Shown here in pieces: positions 51,330 through 63,764 of a stretch of 64,000 nt of DNA. The DNA comes from Octopus sinensis (Eukaryota). The notes below the pieces were generated by a model. The model ran no database searches. It was not told the origin of the DNA and saw nothing but the letters and a program-made list of their open reading frames with translations. Made by a program: the position numbers and the translations under genes. Position 1 is the stretch's first letter; each line of letters opens with the position of its first letter. The stretch is taken from assembly GCF_006345805.1 (NCBI RefSeq), contig NC_043001.1, forward strand, positions 87,854,001 to 87,918,000, read 5' to 3'.

Positions 51330-51715
51330 GGTGCCACATAAAAAACACTCATGCCGGTGCCTGGTGCCATGTAAAAAGCACTCGTGCAAGTGTCGTGCAA
51401 AAGGCACTTGTGCCAGTACTAGGTGTCATGTAAAAAGCACTCGTGCTGGTGCCAGATGCTATGTAAAAAGCACTCGTGCCAGGTGCCATGTAAAAAGTAC
51501 TTGTGTCAGTGTCATGTAAGAGCACTCATGTGGTGCCACATTAAAAGCACGCAGCACACTCTGTGAAGTGGTTGATGTTAGGAAGGGTATCCAGCTGTAG
51601 AAGCCATGTCCAAATTGGACTGGAACCTGGTGCAGCTCTCTGGCTTGCCAGCACTAGTTAATCATCCAATCCATGCCAGCATGGAAAAGAGACATTAAAT
51701 GATGATGATGATGAT
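51330..51715 (+). mobile_element. RTE-tail family copy with short GTGCCATGTAAAAAGCACTC tandem units
   Basis: Roughly seven 20-30 bp units followed by the shared tail and (ATG)n. Confidence 0.7.
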
Positions 51716-52659
51716 GGTAATTCTTTTATTTAAAGACTGTTAGCTTTCTCATTTGTATGTATAATATATATTGATTCACATATATTGATTTTAGTGACAT
51801 GGCTTTTAATTTTTATGGTTACAATACAAGTACATCAAGTTAGTATGGGTAAATCTTTGGTTTCAAGTCCTACAGGTTTGTAGTTGGAAGGAGAAATGTG
51901 GGCAGTTAAGAGTACCTGGGAGAGAGGCAGAAGGATTGGTAAGAGTTTGTTAGGTGTATGAGTCATAGTGAAGAGAAGAACAAAGTTAGTTTAAAGTGGA
52001 TTTCAGTGAAGGTGTTACAACATCAAACAAATTAAACAGAGTAGAGTCAAATGTAGTAGACTAAATTGAGGGCAAACAGGACATAGTTTCACTCAGCAGT
52101 TAAAAGTGTGTTGTTGAATGAATGTTTGCCAGTCAAATAGATGGACCCCACTCTTTTTTTTTTCTCGAAAGATTTTGTATCGGCACAGACATGGCTCATG
52201 AAGTAGGTATGGCTGTGTGGTTAAGAAGCTTGCTTTGCAACTACATGGTTTTAGGTTCACTCTCATTGTGTGGAACCTTGGGCAAGTGTCTTCTACTATG
52301 GCTCCAGACTGACCAATTCTTTGTGAGTGAATTTGGTAATTGGAGATTGTGTAGAAAACCATTGTATATATGTGTTTGTGTTTGTCCCCCACCCCTTCAT
52401 GTGAAAATCAGTGTTGGTTTGTTTACATCCCCATAACTTAGCAGTTCAGTAAAAGAGCTTAATAGAATAAATACCAGTCTTAAAAATAATCTCTGGGAGT
52501 GATTAGTATGATTAAACACTTCATGATGGTGCACCATCATGGCTGTAGTCCCGTGACTGAAGCAAATAAAAGATAATGCCAGCTGATCTTGCAGATTGAT
52601 GCAACTGTTTTGCGTTGTGTTCCTGGAGGAAAGATAGTTTATAAAGGGAAAAGATAAGT

Positions 52660-52990
52660 TCTGGGTTCAATCCCACTGTGTGGTACCTTGGGCATGTCTT
52701 CTACTGTAGCCTCGGATCAACCAAAGCCTAACAAGGCTTTGGTGGATTTGGTTGACAGAAACTTAAAGAAGCCTGTCGTATACATATATATTTGTGTTTG
52801 TGTGTGTGTGTGTGTGATGTATATACACACAATGGGCTTCTTTCAGTTTTTGCCTGCCAAATCCACTCACAAGGCTTTGGTCAGCCTGGGGCTATAGTAG
52901 AAAATACTTGCACAAGGTGCCCCATATTGGGACTAAACCTGGAATCATGTGGTTGGGAGGTAATCTTCTTACCATACAACCATGCTGTGT
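52660..52990. repeat. Inverted pair of SINE family B 5' halves
   Basis: A + copy (52660-52780) and a - copy (52833-52990) flank a (TG)n spacer. Confidence 0.8.
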
Positions 52991-53649
52991 GTATGTTACA
53001 TATGTTGTCTTCTTTTTATCAGTCATGTGCTTGACCACACCCTGTTGGTCACTATATTTTTGACCACATGTAGACATATTTAGGCTGTTAGTAATTACTA
53101 GTTTTCACACTATTGATCCTGAAATGTGCTGGATATTTTATTTCTAACCTTCTTAGTATTACTGCATTTGATTGGTTGGGTCACTAATCCTTTTCTGTGT
53201 CCGACAGAAAGATAATAAATATTCTGAGATTTGCCTTCGGAAAAACAGTTCAAGGATGAATTACTCATTAAAAATGCTGCTGTCCTGACATTTTCTTCAG
53301 GAATTTATTAATTATTCTTGTAAGATTTACACTCTGCCACTGTACTCAGCTGACATTTTCTGGATGTGTGTGCAGTATGGGGCACTCCCCAAGAATGATT
53401 GATGCAGCTGTCTATAGGTCAACACACACTGCTTCTAGTTCTGATTTTTGTGTTTGTTGGTTCTGCATCTTTTCTTCTCTTTTCTTCCTTTTAATTAGTG
53501 AAACAATAATTAATTAGATAATGTGATTTAGTGTGCTTAGTAGAAGTGCATTATTAGGGGTGTGCTGCTTCAGTTCACACAGATAAAATAGTCCACCACT
53601 CACACACTCACTCGCACATGCACACACACACCTGCTGGTATACATCCTT

Positions 53650-53880
53650 GCAGCGAGCTGGCAGAATCGTTAGCACGTTGGGTGAAATGCTTAGCAGTAT
53701 TTCGTCTGCCGTTACGATCTGAGTTCAAATTCCGTCAAGGTCAACTTTGCCTTTCATCCTTTTGGGGTCGATTAAATAAGTACCAGTTGTGCACTGGGGT
53801 CAATATAATCGGCTTAATCCGTTTGTCTGTCCTTGTTTGTCCTCTCTGTGTTTAACCCCTTGTGGGTAGTAAAGAAATAG
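53650..53880 (+). mobile_element. SINE family A copy
   Basis: Matches the other family A copies. Confidence 0.85.
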
Positions 53881-55040
53881 GTATACATCCCTGCATTTAT
53901 GTGTTTGCTTACACACACACATAGACACTTTTCTAAGGATCATATGATCCGTAGGGAAATGAGCTCAGAAAACTTAACAGTTGTAAAATCATTGTCCAAC
54001 ACGCTGCAATTTCTGATGCTGTCTACCTGATAATCAAGACTGCTCATTGACACACTAACCATGTTATGTCTTCTTGTCTCTTTTCCTGCCACTGTGGTTT
54101 GATAGAATAAATATCAGCTATGATGATGATTCTGTATTTGATTCAATCTATATTGACCATTATTGTAGAAATTGGTCTTGTGTCTTAGAAGTAATTATAT
54201 ATGCAGTGTTTACTCAGCCACATAAACATGTATACTTAAAAGAACGTATATTTTATAAATTTGTTTGTTTTACTTCTATTTTTCCATGCTAGCATGACTT
54301 AGGTGCATATATTATTTGAGGCATAGTTTTTTTACAGCTGGATGCCCTTCCTGTTCTAATCCTAACCTGTTTTTCAAATAAGGGATCTCTTATTTCGCCT
54401 GTTTTTTAAGCTGTGAAGCAAGTGGATTATTTGTTGATAAAAGTGATAGCTACAACACTGCGCATAGTGAGAGGCTTTCATAAAGCACAAATGTAGAGAA
54501 ACATAAGCACATGCCCCCCCCCCCACTCTTCTTTCCTTCCATCTACCTAAACACCAACCCACCCATCCATGGACCAACAAGTTCAAAACAAGCTATGTCT
54601 GGCTGCTTAGAGTTACAGTTATGGATTACATACATATGCACGTACATACATACATTAATACATTTAAGTATACATCAGCCTGTCTAGATATGTAAGTATA
54701 TGCATTAGAAGACATACATAAAGCAAAACAGAAATCTGCACTTATACATAGATACAAAAATACCCTGTTGATGTTGTTGAAATTCTAATGAAGGAGCCTT
54801 GGATTTAGTTAGAAACCAGTTCTCTCCCTATTGACAAGAAATCTTAAAATAAAACTGAATAATGACATATGTACATACATACATACACACACTTACATAT
54901 ATACATACATATGGTTTAATTTATACAGCTGGTACCAAGAACATGGATGGCTAAATGAATCACTGCATACTGAATGGCTGAGAGATCAGTAGTTCAAATT
55001 TGGGTACTGGCACTACTTTGTACCAGTGTGCATATTCAAA

Positions 55041-56687
55041 TCTATTATATAAAAGTCAATGTCTTTATATGTGTTCATGTGTTATACATTCAAAAACTGC
55101 TGCACCAATCCTAATGAAATTTGGAACACAAAATCCAAGCCTAGAGAGAAGGGTAATGCTGTGTGTTTCATACAATTTCATGGACCAAAATTACTGAATG
55201 GATCCTTATGATATTTGGAACTTAGATTCAATGCATAAAGGCAGGTATAATGCAGTATGTTTGGTTTGAATTTGAGATGGCTTAAAGGGGGCAAAATCCC
55301 CATGAAAATTTATAAATTTTCGATGTTGATGAAATTTCAACTACAAGTAATTGACACACATCAAGAAGTATTCTCAAAGCTTCCACTTCTCATGAGGATT
55401 CTAAGACACCCTAATGGGGACCTTAACTCCCAAATTTTTAGTCATTTTTTAATAATCCAAAACTACGTCAAAAGTACTGAATGTATCTTTATGAAATTTG
55501 GAAATTATATTCTATGCATAAGGGCCATAACCCCCATGAAAATTTTTGCTGTTGACGAAATTTTAACCATAGATATTAGATACAAATGAAGTAATATTTA
55601 TAAAATTTCATCTTCTTAGAAGTTAGAAAGACCCCTCCATGGGGACTTAACATCCACAATTTAGTCATTTTATCTAAGCAAAGATGAATACAGTTGTACT
55701 CTTGGAAGCTGTAGGGTCACCTGAGCATAAAAGATGAGCATTATTTGTAATTCAATGGTACAACAGTGTAAGAGTTTGCTTTGAGATATACTTAGATTGT
55801 GATTTCTGCAATGTGGTACGTAAACTGTCAAGTAAATGAGAAGGTATCTTTGCCTCCACTGATTCAGTTGCAAAGTGTTGAGTAAAGTTATTTGGTTGCA
55901 GGCCTCCTTTCAGTCTTTTTATTATCACTGGGTCACACATAGTCCCCAGATGGTAACATTGATTTCAAGGCCTTCCCAGATGAGTGACTGGTTATTGAAA
56001 GACATTTATAGATTGTAAATTTCTGTCCAGTTACCATTCAGTATAGTGGTCATTTGCAAACTCCAGAGACGACACTTTCATTTCCCTTTAGCCCTCACAT
56101 CACACAGTTGTTAATGTTTATTTCAGTTGGGTCATGCCCTTCCAATTGCTATAGATCCGTAATGCATCTTACAGCTGTGCATGTCACTTGTTTGGTGAGG
56201 AATCTTACATTGGGGAGTAGTAACAGCTAGGGTAGGGTAGCTGATTGCTTATTGTGATCATTCATTTTTTGGTTTCCTGTAGTTTTGCTCTCTTTTACAA
56301 ACCCAGTGAACATACATATATTTCCTATTTCAAAGAAATTCATTCTCAACAATTCAACTTCTCTGGTTGACATTAAGACACCCACCCCTATAGGGGCCTT
56401 AACTTCCACATTTGAGAGCTCCATGACCTCCATTTTTCAGGAGCAAAATCCTTTTAATAGGTTCCATAAGACTGGAATTTTGGAATCTGCACATAAAGAT
56501 CATTAGTATGGGATACATGTGTCATGATTAGAATTTTTTTTAGGGTATGTAAAGAGGGAAATAACCCTCATCTGCAATTTTGATGAAATTTGAATCATAG
56601 GTATTCTAGTTCATTAGAGAAAATATAACAGAAAAGTCTAATTCTTCAATTGCATGTAACATGGGCAATGCCGAATATCTCTGCTAG
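55041..56687 (+). mobile_element. Composite Helitron-like element
   Basis: A|TCTATTATATAAAAG start; ATGGGCAATGCCG...CTGCTAG|T end; internal degenerate repeats and an unrelated middle segment. Confidence 0.6.
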
Positions 56688-56829
56688 TAGTAAATAAGAG
56701 GAAAAAATAACACGAGGTGAAGTGGCGCTGAAAAATAGGAAACCTACAAAGGAAATATAAATATGTATATAATATGGCAAAATATTGTTATATAGGTTGG
56801 CAAAACAATATATGTATATATACAGACTT

Positions 56830-57000
56830 AGAGTAGACACCCATAGACTTAGATCTTATGAGACCACTGTATTCTCTGATAAGACTAAAAAATTATATAG
56901 AGTAAGCAATGACAAATACGCACAGCTTCTTAGCAACGGCATTTCACAAACATACAAGAGGGCTGCCCCTCAAGTTTATGAGGCCAGAAATATAGTGATT
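56830..57000 (+). mobile_element. Penelope-like ORF fragment (region upstream of RT)
   Basis: VFSDKTKKLYRVSNDKYAQLLSNGISQTYKRA resembles the PLE ADKT.NLY....Y..LL...IT.TYK motif. Confidence 0.6.
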
Positions 57001-57071
57001 AAAAGGCAGTCGCCATATTTCAGTCCATATTATCTACCTCTGATGAGTGTAGGGTTACCTAACACTCTGTT

Positions 57072-57209
57072 GTACAAAACACTTCATCTATAAACTGCAT
57101 AGTACAAAACACTTCATCTATAAACTGCATAGTACAAAACACTTCATCTATAAACTGCATAGTACAAAACACTTCATCTATAAACTGCATAGTACAAAAC
57201 ACTTCATCT
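57072..57209. repeat. Perfect 30-bp tandem repeat, 4 units + 18 bp
   Basis: Unit GTACAAAACACTTCATCTATAAACTGCATA with no mismatches. Confidence 0.97.
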
Positions 57210-57489
57210 CATGTTGTTCTGCAATTACTTTGACACCTGATGTGTGGCACACTGTGCACCAATTCAGGCAATGTTGATTTGATGGAGGGAGTGTGTTGAT
57301 GTACAGCACATACATTTGATCACTATAGACGAATCATTTGTGCAGGTCATTCAGAGAAAATCTGAATGCTCATACATCATCTTTGACGAGAGAGCCCATG
57401 CATATATTTTATTTATTACACTATTGTATGACTGAGCGCCTTCGCGTCGATTCGATTCGTTTGGTTTCGTTTCGTTTCTTCTCTAAGGT

Positions 57490-57544
<55 letters not shown>

Positions 57545-57546
<2 letters not shown>

Positions 57547-57868
57547 TTTTACATGTTTCATATGACTGCAGCCATGCTGGAGCACTACCTTTAGTCGAAC
57601 AAAGTGACCCCAGGACTTATTCTTTGTAAGCGTAGTACTTATTCTATCGGTCTCTTTTGCTGAACCGCTAAGTTTTGGGGACATAAATACACCAATGTTG
57701 GTTGTCAAGCAATGGCAGGGGGAACAAACACAGACGGAAAGACACACACATATAAATATATGTACATATATATATAATATATATACATGACAAGCTTCTT
57801 TCAGTTTCCATCTACCAAATCCACTCACAAGGCTTTGGTCAGCCCGAGGCTATAGTAGAAGACACTTG

Positions 57869-57908
<40 letters not shown>

Positions 57909-58368
57909 CACTTATTGGGTACATTTGACATAAGTCACTTATGTAGCACTACAGTTAAATAACATATTCTTTTATTCTTTTACTTGTTACACATTTGACT
58001 GTGGCCATGCTGGAGCACCACCACCATGAAGGGTTTTAGTCGAACAATAAACCCCAGGATGTATTTTTTAAGCCTAGTACTTATTCTATTGGTCTCTTTT
58101 ACTGAACCGCTAAGTTACGGGGATGTAAACATGCCAACACTTGTTGCCAAGCAGTGATGGGAGACAAACACTGACAAAGACACACACACACACAGATATG
58201 TATGTATATAACAGGCTTCTTTCAATTTCTGTCTACCAAATTCACTTGCAAGGCTTTGGTCGGCCTGAGGCTATAGCAACAGACACTTGCCCAAGATGCC
58301 ACTCAGTGAATCTGAACCTGGAATCAGGTAGTATGGAAGCAAGCTTCGTACAACACAGTCATGACTAC
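57545..58368 (-). mobile_element. Two consecutive SINE family B copies
   Basis: About 57545-57870 and 57970-58368. Confidence 0.8.
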
Positions 58369-59639
58369 CTATATATATATGTAATATTTAATACACAATT
58401 TATGGATTTAACTAATCTAGTGGTACTCACAACAAAACTCCTTCAGTGGACCAAGCTATAAACTGCATAGTAAACCAATAAAGAAGGGTGTTATGCATAG
58501 TCCTATGTTGTTGAAATCCAGTAAATCTAATTAGTAGTGATTATTTCTTGAGGGGTATATAAAATATAAAGAAAGTTAAGTGGTATGAGGTGAATGTTCA
58601 TCTCATACCTCCTGACATATACATATATATATGAACGACTCTATTGGCCACAAATGTCCATTGGTGCATCTAAGAGGTTCCCCTTAGGGGTACAAGTCTG
58701 GGTGGAAAGTCGCCTTACCAGCAAAAACACAACCTAGGGTTGTTTTCATGGAAGACCAGCAGTCGCCCATGCATACCAACCTCCCCTCTCTATGCCACTG
58801 ATGTTATCCAAGGGAAAGGCAAAGACCGATACTGCTTGGCATCAGTGATGTCGCAACTCATTTCTACAGCTGAGTGAACTGGTGCAACATAAAGTGGCTG
58901 GGATTTGGAAGGGCATCCAGTTATAAAAAACATGCTAAAATAGACCTTTCTGGTGCCATGTAAAAAATACCCAATCCAATTTGTAAAGTGGTTGGCATCC
59001 AGCCACAAAAACCCATGTCAAAACATAATGGAGTTTGGTGCAGTCCTCTGGCATGCCAGCTCCTGTAAAACCATCCAACCCATGCCAGCATGGAAAACGG
59101 ACATTGAAAGATGATGATAATGGATGGTTCTCCTTGAGTGCAGCAAATCACATCACATGACCATACCAGTACAGTCTTTTCTCTTGTAAATTACATCTGA
59201 TGCCTCTTAGGCCTGATTTTTTTTCAACACACACACACACACACAATGGGCTTCTTTCAGTTTCCATCTACCAAATCCACTCACAAGGCTTTGTTGTACA
59301 TATATCTATTATATGAGGTTCCATTCAATTTTCATCTATCTATTTTACTGAAAACGCATTGGCTAGTCCATATCAATGGTAGAAAACACTTCTCCAAGGT
59401 ACTATATATTAGGATAAAACCCAATACAATAAATGAGGTATCTATCCACATAGTCTCAGTCTTAACTGAGATGTTTATCAATATTTTGCATTTGCTTTAG
59501 TTGCAGTGTCAGGAATAAAAACCAAAATATTGCTATGTTCGACATTGCTGAGGGAGTGTGTCAGGGGTGTATACTGTCACTGTTTTTATTATGGTACAGT
59601 CCCTGAATAACTCAATCTTTGGGACCAGCTAGAGACAGA

Positions 59640-59925
59640 GTTGGCTGATGGATCTTGACTTTGTAGATGATATTGGTCTGCTCAGTGATACCACTGAAAT
59701 CATGCAAGAGATGACAACAGGTCTTTGTGGCATCAACTCCCGACTTGGTCTCTGCGTCAAAAGCTTTTATACATAGGCGAAAATCAACCCAAACCCATCG
59801 ACCTTAGCGAACAAAATATTGAATTTGTTGATTCTTTTACATACTTAGGCAGTAACACAGGCAGAAATGGAAAAGACTAGATTTGGTAAAGTAATGGCAG
59901 TTTTCCAAGAATTGAGATCAGTATT
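59640..59925 (+). mobile_element. RTE-clade RT core fragment
   Basis: LMDLDFVDDIGLLS...IEFVDSFTYLGS...RFGKVMAVFQELRSVF. Confidence 0.7.
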
Positions 59926-59926
59926 C

Positions 59927-60217
59927 TTTTATTTTTTTACTTGTAAGCCTAGTACTTATTCTATTGGTCTCTTTTGCCAAACTGCTAAGTTACAGAGATG
60001 TAAATGCACCAACATTGGTTGTCAAGTGATGTTGGAGGGACATACACACACACACACACACATACAATGGGCTTCTTTCAGTTTCCATCTACCAAATCCA
60101 TTCACAAAGCTTTGGTCAGCCTGAGGCTATAGTAGAAGACACTTGCCCAAGATGCCATGCAGTGGGACTGAACCTGGAACCATGTGGTTGGTAAGCAAGC
60201 TACTTACCACACAGCCA
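59927..60217 (-). mobile_element. SINE family B copy
   Basis: Matches the copy at 46085. Confidence 0.8.
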
Positions 60218-60846
60218 AATTTCTTCTGTATGCATCTATTGTCATTCCTACAGCATTGGTTGCAAGTGAAACATGGAGGCAGAGAAGATTTGCAATATGG
60301 TAAATAATTTTTCATTGTCAGTGCCTTAGAAATCTTGAGATGAACTGGCCTAAGTAAACTGCAAGACACCATCACAGCCAAATGAAGGAAGCTGCCTGGC
60401 CATGTATTGCACTTACAATTGGAAATACCGACAAGGACAGTTGTTGAGTTGTCCGTTGAAGGAAGGAAGGATAAAAGAGAGGCAGTCTGGTGAAGATGTG
60501 ACAAAGAACTGTACAGGAAGACTTGACTGAGATGGGTGTCACCTGGGAAGTTTGGCTCAGAAGGTACTGCCTGGAGAACTCTCATCACCTCATGCTCTTT
60601 GAATGAATGGAGATAACATCACATCACTTCACATAGATGTGCCTTTGTATCTGTCCCCTTCCTCTACTTGACAAACAGTGCTAGTTTGTTTACATTGCTA
60701 TAACTTAGTTTGGTGAAAGGGACACATAAAATAAGTGCCACACTTTAAAAATATAAATACTGGATCCAATTTGTTCAAGGCTTTGCCCCAGCGTGGCCTT
60801 AGTCCTCTCACTGAAACAGGTAAAAAGTAAAAAGATAAGATGTGTG

Positions 60847-61067
60847 TTTCTTTATTTACCCACAAGGGGCTAAACATAGAGGGGACAAACAAGTACAGAC
60901 AAATGAATTAAGTCGATTACATCGACCCCGGTGCATAACTGGTACTTAATTTATTGACCCCGAAAGGATGAAAGGCAAAGTTGACCTTGGCGGAATTTGA
61001 ACTCGGAGTGTAACGGCAAACGAAATACGTCTACACATTTCGCCCGGCATGCTAACAGTTCTGCCAG
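60847..61067 (-). mobile_element. SINE family A copy
   Basis: Reverse complement of the copy at 43095; ends about 115 bp upstream of STUB1 exon 2. Confidence 0.85.
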
Positions 61068-61182
61068 ATAAAGGTGTGTGTGTATGTGTGTGTGTGAGTG
61101 TACTCGTGTCATCATCATTAGTATTTCTAGCATGAGTTGATCATCTGATACTGATTGCTGCTGTTTGTTTCTTCATTTTCAG

Positions 61183-61381
61183 ATCAAAAGCCCTAACACA
61201 CCAACATTCTTCACCAATCGAGCACTGTGCCATTTGAAGTTAAAGCAGTGGGAACAGGCTATCCAAGATTGTCGACATGCTCTCGATATGGACAGATCAC
61301 TTGTTAAGGGTCACTTCTTCTTGGGACAGGCTCTTGTTGAGCTTGGTTACTATGATGAGTCAATAGCCAGCCTAAAGAGAG
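61183..61381 (+). CDS. STUB1: E3 ubiquitin ligase CHIP, second coding exon (199 bp, TPR2-3)
   Basis: tttcag|ATC...AGA G|gtaagt; IKSPNTPTFFTNRALCHLKLKQWEQAIQDCRHALDMDRSLVKGHFFLGQALVELGYYDESIASLKR. Joins exon 1 in phase 0; later exons lie beyond the window. Confidence 0.96.
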
Positions 61382-62329
61382 GTAAGTATCATTTGAAATC
61401 TTGTTTTGTGTAAGAGAAATGATTTTGTGTCTGGCATTATTGCTCTTAAATAAATTAGAATGTTTATGTTGACAATATTTAATACTATCCATCATTACAA
61501 TAATAATAATAATAATAATAATAATTATAATCATCAACTTTACTTCCTTTCTCCGTTATAAATGACAATGGATGTGGTGTCTCATGACTTGCCTTGTTCA
61601 GCTGTCTGAAATTCCTTGGAGACATTGTTCTCATGTTATTCTATCTCCTCCAGAATATTGGTAGTGTTCTGATCATTATCTAGAAAGTACAGAGAAACAT
61701 TTTTATTTAAAAACTATCACAAGCAGTTGAAGGTTACATGTCATTATTTAACAGTTGTTATAGCAATAGGTTTTCAACATGACTTAGGTTGGGTTTGAAC
61801 CTTAGGACCCATAAAGTTGGTGCTGAATTTGGTTCCCAGGGTGTGAGTGACTGAGATTACAACATACCTGCTGATGGGACACTTGTTCATTGTAGGGTTA
61901 ACTTCCAGCTATTGTTGGGCTCATTTATAGCTTAGTAAACTGAAGCAAAATGAAATGAAGTGTTTTGCTCAAAAACATAATGCATTGCTTGGTCTGGGAA
62001 TCGAAACCACAATCTTGTAATCATTAGTGCATTTCCCTAACTGCTGGGCCACATGCCTTCACATGCACCTTTCAAATATATTGTTTTATGCAAAGGTGAG
62101 TCAAGTAAAAAGATACTTATTGAGCAGCATCCCGAATGGTATAGGGAAGTTATTGCTGGATGGTGAAGAAAATACTATCTCTGCAGTGGTTGCTAAGTTA
62201 TTCAGGTATTGATCTGTTGAGTTTGATAATCGTTCATGTTAAAGAAGACCATCAAAAATGTTCAAGGCCTTTAAAAGCTGTGTACTGTTGGAGGTTTCTG
62301 AAAATTCTTTAAAAATTGAGAACTGCTAT

Positions 62330-63600
62330 AAGATATTTTGTTTTGATTCCTTCGATTAATCTATGTTTAGTGAGAGATTTGTGGATCCGCTTGCTTGAAA
62401 TCCAATTTCAACCTTTCATAATAGCACCTTATTTTCTTTCTCAGCATTTTACTACATATCTTTACTGAGATGCACATCAGGTTTATTACTCTATAATGTA
62501 CAGCTTGGCTTAAGTTTCCTTTCTTAGGGTATTTTAGCTCCTTTTGACCATTTAGTGTTTATTGCATACTTTTAATAGGAGCTCTTATAAAGCAACTCTT
62601 TTCTATACTTCAGTGAATATGTTATTGGATCAACATGCTTAACTGCAATGTGTCTGACAGGTGCCTTCCAGTTGTTGTTATTTGTTGTTTTTTTCTTTCT
62701 TTCTCACTTTATTTCTGATTGTTCTAGCTAACAAAATCCTTAATGGGAAGTTAATATCCAGAGGATTTTCACAGTTAGTAGCAACATGATTAATGTTTTA
62801 ACTTTTAGTTGTACATAACCTACATTTATTATCAGCCCATGATTTCTGTCTTTTGTGTAGAAGGTACTAAGTGGGGATTTTAAAAATTTTATCGTGGATT
62901 ACATGGAAGTAACCTTAAAGTTGTGATGTTATAAACTTATCTGTCATTCATTCCAGTCTTTTGATGTGGTTTATTCCTTCTGTAGCCTGAGTGTTTTGTT
63001 TCAGTTACCCATGTACAGTCTATTTTTTTGATTTTCTAACAATGTTCAATAGGTCTTCCCAATGTTTCTTGGAGAGAGAGATCAGTGTTTGTTTATATTT
63101 CATGTTTCTCTTCAGCTTCATTAACCATTGTCTTTTTGATGTTTCTATTTTTGTGCTTGCAAACCAGGGTGCGATAGTTTCTGTCCTTTTTCTTTCTCTG
63201 CTGAAGATGCTGCTTTAAGGTTACAAACCCAGGTCTCAGATTTATACAGATTTAAGGCCACACCAGCACTTTTTGAATGGGAAATGTGATTTAGCTATGA
63301 AGCTGTTGCTGTTGAAATTCCTAGTAACATGTAGTTTGTGAATTCTTGTGTCCATCTCATTGCTTTCTTGTAGTGACCAGTTTGGAAGGCTAAATGTCTG
63401 AATAGGCACATCAAAGGTGTTGTGAGTGAAATGCTTGTTGTAGGCTGACCATATTCTCTTTACTCTTTTGAGTAAAAGTGGCATTGTCTTGCTTTTTATG
63501 CTTAATTATTTGTGGCGAGGATACAAATTATGTATGTCTTATCACCAACAACACATATTCAGACTCATCAGATTTCATCCCAATGTTTAATGTTATTTTA
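62330..63600 (-). mobile_element. R4/Dong-like (restriction-like endonuclease) non-LTR retrotransposon remnant
   Basis: KRVKRIWSAYNKHFTHNTFDVP...WSLQESNEMDTRIHKL...GLKSV, then CRLCTTKS*NINHVATNC (C-X2-C-X8-H-X4-C, 62771-62824). Confidence 0.75.
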
Positions 63601-63764
63601 GCACGGTGAAAGAGGTTGGTGTTCTGTAAGTATGTGCAAGGTAAAGTTGGATACAAAGCTGATAGAAAATACGGTAACTTTCTGTTTTGATATACTGCTA
63701 ATAAAGCCATCATCAGATCACTTCATACTAGTTTATTTATATATATATATATATGTCGGTGACA

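Noticed and set aside
57072-57209. Possible CRISPR array
   Set aside because: The 30-bp units are contiguous with no spacers, there are no cas genes, and the context is eukaryotic.
60220-60590. 153-aa minus-strand ORF with a LKISKAL segment
   Set aside because: Only a faint resemblance to the RT LDISKAFD motif, and it runs into a SINE; not callable as a gene.
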